A DNA stretch of 64,000 nt from Planctomycetota bacterium (lineage in GTDB: Bacteria > Planctomycetota > B15-G4), in NCBI GenBank assembly GCA_965248575.1, contig CBDFJQ010000002.1, positions 4,992,001-5,056,000 on the forward strand. Direction: 5' to 3'. The notes below the pieces were generated by a model. That model worked only from the letters and a program-made list of their open reading frames with translations. It had not been told where the DNA came from and did no database searches. The position numbers and the translations under genes were made by a program. This document shows, piece after piece, positions 19,497-28,284 of this stretch; the stretch's first letter is position 1, and each line of letters starts with the position of its first letter.

Positions 19497-21044
19497 ATGA
19501 ACAATACATCCAAACCCCATTCACGGGGATCCCAAGACGATCTCGGCTTCACGCTCATGGAGCTGATGATTGCCGTGGCCATGGGTTCCATTCTCATTAT
19601 CGCCCTCGCGAACATGGCCGGCTTCTTCGGCTCTCAGGTCCACTCGATCTCGACCGAGATTGACCGCGAGATGGAGGAGAGCCTCACGACCATCAGCCAT
19701 GCTGTGCAGGAAGCATGGGTCGTTGAGAAGGTCGAAGAGTCGGAACTCGCCATCTACAACGCTCTCGGTGAGAGCACCACGTATTGGCTCGACGAGAACA
19801 TCCTGAAGGTCACCCGCCCCTCCGGCGTGACCGGCGTGCTGATGGAGGAGGTCGAGAGCGTGTCCTTCGACGTGGGCAACATCGCCCGCTTCCGGGATGA
19901 CACGCCACTCGACTCCTATGGTGATGTCTGGCAGAACCGCATCAGCAACGCCCCCAGCCTGTCGGTGACAATTCTGGGGGGTGCCACTTACACCGAGGAG
20001 GATCCTCCGTACTACGATCCGTCTGGTGTGCCCGGCGTGTTGATGGATGGGGATCGTATCGCCATGGGATTCACGGTGCTCTCCCTGGCACCGCAGGACC
20101 TGTCTCCTGTTGCTGACGTTCAGGAGCAGATCCAAGGAGTGAACCTGGGACGCGTGTTGTTGCCCGTGACCGTCCTGTCGCAACTTCCATCTCCTCCTTT
20201 CTCGAGCCTTGGCCAAAGTGGACCGGGCAACTCGGGCGACAACGGCAACTCGGGCGACAACGGCAACTCGGGCGACAACGGCAACTCGGGCGACAACGGC
20301 AACTCGGGCGACAACGGCAACTCGGGCAAGGTGTCGATTTGCCACCGGCCTCCGGGAAACCCAGCCAACGCGCACACCATCTCGGTGGGTTCGGGCGCAG
20401 TCGCGGCTCACCTCGCCCATGGCGACGTGCTTGGCGGTTGCCCAAGTCCAACGCCTGGCACCCTGCACTTGGACCTGTTCCAGGCGCGCGGCCCGGATGA
20501 CGGCCGCCCCTATGGCGCTGTGCTCGGCACGACCTCCGTCGTCGTCTCGGGCTTGCCCACGGCGGACTACAGTTTCACCGGCATGAGCGGTACCGGAGAT
20601 GCGGTGGTCTACGGATCCTCCGGCGCAGCGCTCGTGATTGATGCCCCGGAAGTGGACGTGCCCTTCGACCTGACCCCCCTGGGCGCCGTCGTGCAGCCGG
20701 GCGTGCCCTACACCCTGGTCCTGCGCTACACAGGTGGCGGAGCGATCATGATGCGCCGCGATGTCTCTGCCGTATCAGCCGTCTCAGGCGTCGCGGCGCT
20801 CTGGTCGGGTGCCTCCTCGTTTGATGCAGAGCCGATCGAAGTCGATCTCGCGTTCGACGGCACGCTCACTGTGTCCCAGACCCGAGCCATCGAAACCGTG
20901 CTGCGCGTGACTTCACGCATCGAGATGTTGGATGGTCGGGTCGTCGCCGGCTCCTCCATCGTTTCGTCTCAGGCTGCCGTGACAGAGCCCTGGTACGGCC
21001 AAGTGCCAGGCGAAATCCCTGACCTCGAACTGCGCGGCCAATAG
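19497..21044 (+). CDS. PilW/GspJ-like large minor pilin with GNSGDN repeats and a Cys/His mini-domain
   Basis: LG|FTLMELMIAVAMG prepilin motif; (GNSGDN)x5; KVSICHRPPGNPANAHTISV..AHLAHGDVLGGC. Confidence 0.8.
   Translation: MNNTSKPHSRGSQDDLGFTLMELMIAVAMGSILIIALANMAGFFGSQVHSISTEIDREMEESLTTISHAVQEAWVVEKVEESELAIYNALGESTTYWLDENILKVTRPSGVTGVLMEEVESVSFDVGNIARFRDDTPLDSYGDVWQNRISNAPSLSVTILGGATYTEEDPPYYDPSGVPGVLMDGDRIAMGFTVLSLAPQDLSPVADVQEQIQGVNLGRVLLPVTVLSQLPSPPFSSLGQSGPGNSGDNGNSGDNGNSGDNGNSGDNGNSGDNGNSGKVSICHRPPGNPANAHTISVGSGAVAAHLAHGDVLGGCPSPTPGTLHLDLFQARGPDDGRPYGAVLGTTSVVVSGLPTADYSFTGMSGTGDAVVYGSSGAALVIDAPEVDVPFDLTPLGAVVQPGVPYTLVLRYTGGGAIMMRRDVSAVSAVSGVAALWSGASSFDAEPIEVDLAFDGTLTVSQTRAIETVLRVTSRIEMLDGRVVAGSSIVSSQAAVTEPWYGQVPGEIPDLELRGQ
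20226..20327 (+). repeat. Perfect 18-bp in-frame tandem repeat, 5 copies plus a partial
   Basis: GGCAACTCGGGCGACAAC x5 followed by GGCAACTCGGGC. Confidence 0.95.
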
Positions 21045-21050
21045 GAGCAA

Positions 21051-21599
21051 GTGTTGATGAAGACCACAGAGCGTGCTCCAACCTTGCCCCAAGTTCCTCA
21101 CTTGAAGCGCCCGCCACGCAGGTCGCAGCGAGGCTTCTCGCTGATCGAAGTGATGTTGGCCACCCTGCTCATGGGCTACGCCATCGCGAGCATGAACGCC
21201 CTCTTCACGGCCGGTCAGAGCAAGGCGGCCATGAACTCCACGCCCACAAATGCTCGCTTCTTGGCCAATGAGATCCGGTTGCTTGCCCAGTTGCTTCCGA
21301 AGGAGCCCAGCGGCACGTCTGCAGTGACCTCGCCCGATGACGTCGTTGCCCTGGACTCGTTGCATGGAGCCGTCTTTTCACCTCCCATCCTCGCCAACCT
21401 GTCCGAGTACGAGAACATGGATGATTGGGAGCAGAGTGTCGCGGTGCGGGTGGCCGCGTTGGCGGCTCCCGAGGCCACCGGCACTGCACTGACCAGCGCC
21501 GGCATCAGCAAGCAGGCGGCCAGCCTGTTCGAAGTGCAGGTCACGGTCTCCTTTGATGGTGAAGTGATCGACACCTGGACGTGGTGGGTCAAGCCCTAG
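21051..21599 (+). CDS. PilV/GspI-like minor pilin
   Basis: RG|FSLIEVMLATLL; ARFLANEIR; C-terminal VQVTVSF. Start may be ATG 21057. Confidence 0.8.
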   Translation: MLMKTTERAPTLPQVPHLKRPPRRSQRGFSLIEVMLATLLMGYAIASMNALFTAGQSKAAMNSTPTNARFLANEIRLLAQLLPKEPSGTSAVTSPDDVVALDSLHGAVFSPPILANLSEYENMDDWEQSVAVRVAALAAPEATGTALTSAGISKQAASLFEVQVTVSFDGEVIDTWTWWVKP

Positions 21600-21829
21600 C
21601 GGCACGACCCTCTAGCGGCACCTGGGGCGAAGACTGGCTGCCGTGCAGCACCCGTGCAAGCGGCGAGCCCCGCTCCGGGCGTGTCTTTCCGATGCCTTGA
21701 GGACTCAGGCGTCACTGTGTCGACGGCTGCCGCTACAATCGCGCGGCGGCCCCGCCGGTTGAGATCTCGCAGACGTCTGGACGAGATGAGGCGTGGCCCG
21801 AGACCCGCCCCGTCCTCCGGACCCCTTGC

Positions 21830-23476
21830 ATGCCCTCCAACGCAGACCGCGTGGTCGAGCGGGACTTCCTCGTCCTGGGGGCCGGTCCTGGTGGAATCCA
21901 GTTGGGAGCGTTCCTGCAGGAGAGCGGGAGCAGCTATCTGGTCCTCGAGGGTTCGGACAAGCTGGCGTCCTTTTTCCGAGAGATGCCGCGCACCCGCAAG
22001 CTGATCTCTTTCAACAAGGTCCACGGTCTCTATGACGATCCCGAGACGCGGCTGCGCTGGGATTGGAACTCGCTGCTGACACCGGACTACAGCCATGAGT
22101 TCAGGGAATTCAGCCAAGCGCTCTATCCACACGCTGACGACATGGTGCGCTACCTGGAATCCTTCGCCCAATATCGCCAGGTCGCGATCCAGACCCAGAC
22201 GCGCATCACGAGCGTGGAGCGGGAGGCAAGCGGTGGCTTCGAGCTGACGGATGCCGACGGCGGGCAGTACCGCTGCAAGGTGCTGGTGATCGCGTCGGGA
22301 TTCAGCCGACCTTTTATCCCGCCAATACCGGGTATCGAGCTGTGTGAGGGGTACGAGAACGCGCCCGTGGACCCGGACGCGTATGTGGGTCAGCGCGTGC
22401 TCATTCTGGGTAAGGGAAACTCGGCCTTCGAGATGGCAGATGTGGCCTTGGAGACCGCTGCGCTGATCCATGTGGCCAGCCCGACCCCGCTCCAACTCGC
22501 TTGGAAGACCAGGCACCCTGGGCACCTGCGGGCGGAGCACACCCGGCTGCTGGACCTCTATCAGCTGAAGACCCTCACAGGGGCTCTGGACTGCAACATC
22601 CTGGGCATCGAACGGGGCGACTCTGGCGGCCTGGTCGCCACGGTGTCCTATGTGCATGCAGACGGGGAGACGGAGGAGCTGGTCTACGACCGCATCATCC
22701 GCTGCACGGGCTTCGCGCTGGATGACAGCTTCTATGGCGAGAGCGCTCGCCCTGAGACGATCCTGGACGGCCGGCTCCCGGCCATCACAGGCATGTGGGA
22801 GTCGTGCAATGTGCCGGACATGTTCTTTGCAGGCACGCTCATGCAGGGGCTCGACTTCAAGCGCTCCTCCTCAGCCTTCATCGACGGCTTTCGATACAAC
22901 GTGCGGACGCTTCACCGCCATTTGATGGCGACCTACGAGGGCCGGCCCATGCCGGCCATCTCGCTAGCCGCGCGTGCCGGGGTTCTGGCCGATCACATCC
23001 TGGAAAGGGTCTGCAGAACGTCTGCCCTGTGGACCCAGTTCGGCTACCTGTGCGACCTGTTCCTGGTGGACCCGGCCGGCTCGGTGGCCTGCCATGAAGA
23101 GATGCCGGCGTACTGGGTGGAACAGCGGTTCCGAGATCAACCCGAGTGCTTCACCCTGACCTTCGAGTGGGGCAGTTGGGACGGCGACGTCTTCGCGATT
23201 CAGCGGCATCCCTCCCATGAGGACGCGGCGACGAACGTTTTTCTGCATCCCGTTGTTCGCCGACGTCGCTTCGGCGAGGTGGTGGCGACACACCACATTC
23301 TCGAGGACCTGTTCGGTACCTATTCAGCAGCAACGGAGTCGGGAATCGTGCAGCGGCGGGGTGGGCGCGACATGGAGCAGTACCACGCCGAGGAACACAG
23401 CGAACCCCTGCGGGCGTTCTTCGCGACGCAGCTCGAACCCGAGGATGAGAACGCGTCGCAGCGCACGCGGTCCTGA
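21830..23476 (+). CDS. FAD/NAD(P)-dependent oxidoreductase, FOXRED2-like
   Basis: GAGPGG, GKGNSAFE, LRWDWNSLL, SAFIDGFRYNVR, FLHPVVR. Confidence 0.8.
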   Translation: MPSNADRVVERDFLVLGAGPGGIQLGAFLQESGSSYLVLEGSDKLASFFREMPRTRKLISFNKVHGLYDDPETRLRWDWNSLLTPDYSHEFREFSQALYPHADDMVRYLESFAQYRQVAIQTQTRITSVEREASGGFELTDADGGQYRCKVLVIASGFSRPFIPPIPGIELCEGYENAPVDPDAYVGQRVLILGKGNSAFEMADVALETAALIHVASPTPLQLAWKTRHPGHLRAEHTRLLDLYQLKTLTGALDCNILGIERGDSGGLVATVSYVHADGETEELVYDRIIRCTGFALDDSFYGESARPETILDGRLPAITGMWESCNVPDMFFAGTLMQGLDFKRSSSAFIDGFRYNVRTLHRHLMATYEGRPMPAISLAARAGVLADHILERVCRTSALWTQFGYLCDLFLVDPAGSVACHEEMPAYWVEQRFRDQPECFTLTFEWGSWDGDVFAIQRHPSHEDAATNVFLHPVVRRRRFGEVVATHHILEDLFGTYSAATESGIVQRRGGRDMEQYHAEEHSEPLRAFFATQLEPEDENASQRTRS

Positions 23477-23613
23477 GGTCTTTTCCATGTTCCGCAACAC
23501 AGGCGGATCGGCTCATGTAAGGTGATTCGATTCGGTCCTGTAGGGGGGCCATGGTCGTCAATTTCAGGTTGTAGGCGTGTCCAACACGCCCATTTGCTTC
23601 GAGGAGATTCAAC

Positions 23614-25020
23614 ATGAAGTTCACCTTGTCTGCGCTTGTCGCTCTGTGTGCGGTGACGGGCTTTTCCCAAGACGTTCAGGCCCAGAACCCACCGGGTGAG
23701 GCGCCTGCCCTTGGTACCAATCGCACCCAGCAGTCCGACATCACAGGCGGTGGCCTGTCGCTGACGGACATTCGCAAGGCCGGGCTCAAGATCTTCGCCA
23801 CGCCGACCAACAAGTTGGACGGCTACGGCGACGGTCCCGTGAACTTTGCAGACACGACGAGCCCTGGTGGCCGTCCGACCCTGCAGGGCAACGGCACCTT
23901 CCTGCGCGTGAACGGTCTGGATGCCCAGAACTGTCAGGAATGCCACTCGGTGGGCAGCAACGCCGAGGTTCCGTTCCGCTTCGCCATTGGCGGTGTGGGC
24001 GGCAGCAACAACAACGCCATCTTCCAGCCTCGGAACATCGATGTTGATGACGATGCCGGTGCTGGTGAGGCGTCCTTCAACGGCCGCTACATCAACCCGC
24101 CCTTCCTGTTCGGTTCGGGTGGTGTGGAGCTGCTTGCCAAGGAGATGACGAAGAATCTCATCGCCATTCGTCGCGGTGCTCGTCAGACGCCCAACGTCTT
24201 CGTGCCCCTGACCACCAAGGGCGTGAACTTCGGCTCCATTCGCTATGACGGTTTCTCACAGAGCTTCGACCTCTCCAAGATCGAGGGCGTCTCCAAGGAC
24301 CTGGTCGTTCGTCCGTTCGGCCGCAAGGGTGACAACGCCACGGCACGTCAGTTCGACATCGGGGCCCTTCAGTTCCACTTGGGCATGCAGCCGGAAGAGG
24401 CCGTGGGAACGGGAGTCGATGCCGACGGTGATGGTGTGGTCAACGAGATCCTTATCGGTGAGCTCTCTGCGCTGCACATCTTCGACACCAACTTGGAACG
24501 TCCGACGCAGGATCCGCTGACCCCCGATGCTGCCGCTGGTTCCGTCTTGTTCAACAGCCTGGGCTGCGCCACCTGTCACGTGCCCTTCCTGGACACGACG
24601 ACACCGGTGCTCACGTACAGCTTCCCGGAGATTCACGCCAAGCCCGCGCTCAACGTGTACTACGGTGCCGACTTGAACGCCGGCCCGGCTGGCTTCGACC
24701 TGAGCGGTGGTGGCGGCATTCGCGTGCCCTTGTTCTCGGATCTCAAGCGGCACGACATGGGTCCGGGACTGGCGGAGGATTTCGGCGATGATCTGGATGC
24801 CGAGTTCGTCACCGCTCGCCTGTGGGGTATCGCGGACACCGCTCCCTACCTCCACGATGGTCGCGCGCTCACTTTGACCGATGCGATCCTGATGCACGGT
24901 GGTGACGCTCAAGGCGCTCGTGATGCCTTCGATGTTCTTGCTGACCAGCAGCGCATCGAGGTCTTGAGCTTCTTGCGCACCCTGCGCACGCCCATCGATC
25001 CTGCTGTGGATCTGCTCTAG
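23614..25020 (+). CDS. Secreted di-heme oxidoreductase family (DHOR, di-heme peroxidase-like) protein
   Basis: GAGGAG RBS and signal peptide; CQECH, CATCH; PFGRKG, LFSDLKRHDMG, LWG..TAPYLHDGRA..AILMHGG. Confidence 0.88.
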   Translation: MKFTLSALVALCAVTGFSQDVQAQNPPGEAPALGTNRTQQSDITGGGLSLTDIRKAGLKIFATPTNKLDGYGDGPVNFADTTSPGGRPTLQGNGTFLRVNGLDAQNCQECHSVGSNAEVPFRFAIGGVGGSNNNAIFQPRNIDVDDDAGAGEASFNGRYINPPFLFGSGGVELLAKEMTKNLIAIRRGARQTPNVFVPLTTKGVNFGSIRYDGFSQSFDLSKIEGVSKDLVVRPFGRKGDNATARQFDIGALQFHLGMQPEEAVGTGVDADGDGVVNEILIGELSALHIFDTNLERPTQDPLTPDAAAGSVLFNSLGCATCHVPFLDTTTPVLTYSFPEIHAKPALNVYYGADLNAGPAGFDLSGGGGIRVPLFSDLKRHDMGPGLAEDFGDDLDAEFVTARLWGIADTAPYLHDGRALTLTDAILMHGGDAQGARDAFDVLADQQRIEVLSFLRTLRTPIDPAVDLL

Positions 25021-25072
25021 GGCGCAGTCCTGAGTGATGCGCCCTCCTGTCCGGAGGCGCGACACCCAGCCT

Positions 25073-25109
25073 TCGCGGGCCCGTCGAGTGTTGCTCGGCG
25101 GGCCCGCGA
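25073..25109. terminator. GC-rich hairpin between convergent genes, probable bidirectional terminator
   Basis: TCGCGGGCCCGTCGAG (25073-25088) pairs with CTCGGCGGGCCCGCGA (25094-25109), one G-U pair. Confidence 0.65.
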
Positions 25110-25120
25110 TTCGTTTCGGC

Positions 25121-25978
25121 TCAGGCGCAATCCTTGCGCAGGATCACTTCCACCACCACCGGGGTAAGGACAAAGGTGGGTGGTCCCGTGCGGTCGAGCT
25201 CACGTGCGTCCAGCTCGAGCAAGGCGGCCTCGCAGTCCCCGACACTGCACAGGCCGCGTTCGACGAGCTTCGGGAGCCAGCTTCGCAGGAATCCGGTGAC
25301 CCAGCGCCATTCCGGCGATGCCACCCGGCCCAGACGGGCTGTTGGTTCGAAGTGCTCGACACGGAAACCATTTGCCTGGGCCAAGCCCGGGAGCTCGTCG
25401 CCCACATCGATGTTGGAACCCCCGGCGGGCCAGGCCGCCATGCAGACCTCCACCGCCCTGTCGAAGGCTGCGCTGCGCGGAACCAGCTTCATGGCGCCCC
25501 AATCCAGGTACTCCTGGATCACGAAGGCTCCGCCAGGGGCGAGCGCCTGCTTGACCTGGCTGACGACCTCGCCAGGCTTTTCGAGCCAGCAGAGGAGCCA
25601 GCGGGTGTAGACCAACTGCAGGCTGCCAGGTGGGACGTCCAGAGATTCAGCGGGCCCGAGCGCAGTCGACACATGCGACCAGTTCTGGCGGCTGCGCCCC
25701 CGTTCCAGGTCTTCGAGGAAGCGGGCGCTCACATCCTGGCCGGTGACGTGCCCATGGGGGCCGACGAGCTGGGCCAGCTCGAAGGTGGTGAAGCCCGGAC
25801 CGCAGCCCAGATCGAACACCTTGTCCCCGGGCAGGAGCCCTGCACGCTTGCAGAGGGCACGCAGGCGTTCCGCCCACGCTTCATGTTGCTCGCGCAGGCG
25901 TCGGGTCTCTTCGGAATCCGTGCCGAGGATGTACTCCTGCTCGGGTTCCTGTCCTGGGTGGGATGCGGCGTCCACCAT
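25121..25978 (-). CDS. Class I SAM-dependent methyltransferase
   Basis: EYILGTD..RLREQH, VFDLGCGPG, GHVTGQD, YTRWLLCW, LAPGG..IQEY; start overlaps the upstream stop. Confidence 0.88.
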   Translation of the reverse strand: MVDAASHPGQEPEQEYILGTDSEETRRLREQHEAWAERLRALCKRAGLLPGDKVFDLGCGPGFTTFELAQLVGPHGHVTGQDVSARFLEDLERGRSRQNWSHVSTALGPAESLDVPPGSLQLVYTRWLLCWLEKPGEVVSQVKQALAPGGAFVIQEYLDWGAMKLVPRSAAFDRAVEVCMAAWPAGGSNIDVGDELPGLAQANGFRVEHFEPTARLGRVASPEWRWVTGFLRSWLPKLVERGLCSVGDCEAALLELDARELDRTGPPTFVLTPVVVEVILRKDCA

Positions 25979-28284
25979 CACAGGTAACCCATCTCGATCA
26001 TCCACTGCCGCTTGGCTGGGTCCATGGCGTCGGCTTCGTCGGGGATGCTCGCGTCGCGGCTCAGCTCCACGCGCCGGCGTGCCCAACTCAAGGCGGCCGC
26101 CTGCACGTCCTTGGCCTCGGGGGAATCGAGCAGGTCGACGGCTTCGCCTGGGTCCGCACCCAGGTTGTGCAGTGCGCGGGGGACGAGCTCACCATCAGGC
26201 GTTACGCCAGCGATCAACTTGTAGCTGCCCCAGCGCACGGCAATCTCGTCCGCCAACCCCTCCTTCGGGGCGCTGTGCAGCACGTGTGAGATGAGCGGCG
26301 CCTGGGGGATGCCGTGGCCCGCTCCTGCGCGCAGTGCTTCGCTCAGGTCCCTGCCTTGCCAACTGTCAGGGATCGAGCCCCCTACCAGGCCCAGCAGGGT
26401 GGGGGCGAGGTCCACCTGGCTCACGGCTTCCTGCCGCCGTTGTGCGCTCGGCACCGACTCGGGCCAGCGCAGGACCCAGGGCACATGCAGCTCCTCTTCG
26501 TAGAGGGTTCGCCGGTGTTCGAAGGCTCCATGCTCTCCGAAGCCCTCACCGTGGTCGGACACGAACGCGAAGACGGTGTTCTGCTTGCGCCCCGTGGCCT
26601 CCAGCGTGTCGTCGATCAGGCCAATCTCCCGATCGTTGAACAAGATCTCTGCGTCGTAGCGCGTGGCGTTGCCCAGCACGTCCGGCGGCATCGAGGCGAA
26701 TTGCGGGCCTGCCGGGCCCTGCGCCAACTCCGCCACGAAACTCGCCGGCGGGTCATAGGGCACATGGGGGTCGCCAGAATGGGCATAGACGAAGACTTGC
26801 TCGTCCTTGTGCTCTTCCAAGAACGCGCGGATGGGGCCGCCGATGAGGCGCGAGGTGAGGGAGTCAGCCGCATGCACGGCGCCATAGGCCGGCGGGTCGT
26901 GCCAGATGTCCATGCCCTGCTCAAGCCCAGCCCACTCGCTGGCGTTGAAGTTGGTGACGAAGGACGTTGTCAAATAGCCGTGCTCCGCCAAGCGTTCAGC
27001 AAGAGTCTCGACATGGGAGGAGACCCGGTTGAGGTGTGAGTTGTTGCCGTGGGTGATGGGGTCCAGCGACGTGAGCAGGGAGCTCGTGGCCGGGCGCGTC
27101 CAGTTGCTGGAAGCCATGACGCTCTCGAAGACGACGCCCTCCTCGGCGATGGCCTGCAGCCGGGGGTCGGTCTGCCGCTCGTATCCGTAGGTGGCCAGGC
27201 GGTCGGCTCGGAGGGTGTCCACCAGGTAGAGCACGATGCTGGGGCGGGCTTCCTCAGCGGGGGCCATGCGCACGACATTGCCCACGAGCACGACGGCATG
27301 TCGGCCGCCACCCTCGGTCATGAGTTCCAGCTGTGTCGCTTTCCCGGCCCGGGGGGAGAGGTCGATGGCGACCTCCAACCACTGGTCGTCGGGCTGCAGC
27401 GTCCAGCTGCTTTCTGCGAGCTCTCCCGAGCTGTCCCGCAAACGGATGGTCGCGGGTGAGTCGGCACCGGCCACGGCAAGAGACATGCGCAGCCGCTCCA
27501 CAGGCCGCGGCGTGATCTCCGCCTTGAGGGAATCGGCGCCCCTGACAATGCTGCCCACGCAATAGATGCCCGCCCGCGCGAGGCGCTGGCTGCCAGTCGC
27601 CGCATGGTCAAACTCCGAGATGATGTGGAGCTCGTCCAGCTCCGCCTTGACGGCACCTTTGCCACGCAGCGTGACGCGCAACTCCTTCACGCCTTCTGCA
27701 GCGTCGCGCGCCTTTGACCAGCGCTTGCGCCCCGGCGGGTCGCCTGGCTCCGGCGGCAGCAGGTGGCGCGTGCCTCGCAGGCTGGACACGGGGATTGCGA
27801 GGGTCTGGAACTCCTCTCCTGCACTTGAATCCAGGATCTGTCGGTAGGCGCGGGACTCGTGGAAGGTCTCGTCGCCATCGCGCCAATGCACCAGCACTTC
27901 CGTCACGAGGCGCGTGCGCAGGCGCATGCTGATGACGTGGTGGATCTCCGGGTCGAGGGTCGGCCCCTCAATGACAACGGCGCCGTCCCCCGCGAGCAGC
28001 ATGCGACCGTCCTTGAACTGACGATGGGTGTTTCCCGCCGGTTCCCAGCGCATGGGGCCGCGGTCCGCGTCAGCTGTGTCGAAGTCCCAGCTGATGGACA
28101 GCGGGGTCGCGTCCGAAACGTGCAGCGGCTCCCAGGGAAGCCCACGCTCGACCACCGCGAACAGCCGATCCGCTGGCTGGGTCGCTGGCTGGGGCTGCTC
28201 GGAGCAGGCCATGGCCAGCACGAGTGGCAGGAGCGCTAACATCCACGAGCGTCTTGAATGCGATGAATTCATGGGCGGCATCAT
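25978..28284 (-). CDS. Sulfatase-like lipoprotein with long N-terminal beta domains (Thr-type signature)
   Basis: Lipobox AMAC; VDTLRADRL, SNWTRPA, DPHVPY, SDHGEGF..H, HVPW, C-terminal EMGYL. Confidence 0.85.
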   Translation of the reverse strand: MMPPMNSSHSRRSWMLALLPLVLAMACSEQPQPATQPADRLFAVVERGLPWEPLHVSDATPLSISWDFDTADADRGPMRWEPAGNTHRQFKDGRMLLAGDGAVVIEGPTLDPEIHHVISMRLRTRLVTEVLVHWRDGDETFHESRAYRQILDSSAGEEFQTLAIPVSSLRGTRHLLPPEPGDPPGRKRWSKARDAAEGVKELRVTLRGKGAVKAELDELHIISEFDHAATGSQRLARAGIYCVGSIVRGADSLKAEITPRPVERLRMSLAVAGADSPATIRLRDSSGELAESSWTLQPDDQWLEVAIDLSPRAGKATQLELMTEGGGRHAVVLVGNVVRMAPAEEARPSIVLYLVDTLRADRLATYGYERQTDPRLQAIAEEGVVFESVMASSNWTRPATSSLLTSLDPITHGNNSHLNRVSSHVETLAERLAEHGYLTTSFVTNFNASEWAGLEQGMDIWHDPPAYGAVHAADSLTSRLIGGPIRAFLEEHKDEQVFVYAHSGDPHVPYDPPASFVAELAQGPAGPQFASMPPDVLGNATRYDAEILFNDREIGLIDDTLEATGRKQNTVFAFVSDHGEGFGEHGAFEHRRTLYEEELHVPWVLRWPESVPSAQRRQEAVSQVDLAPTLLGLVGGSIPDSWQGRDLSEALRAGAGHGIPQAPLISHVLHSAPKEGLADEIAVRWGSYKLIAGVTPDGELVPRALHNLGADPGEAVDLLDSPEAKDVQAAALSWARRRVELSRDASIPDEADAMDPAKRQWMIEMGYL

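Noticed and set aside
20226..20327. Tandem repeats as a CRISPR array
   Set aside because: No spacers, in-frame within a CDS, and no cas genes.
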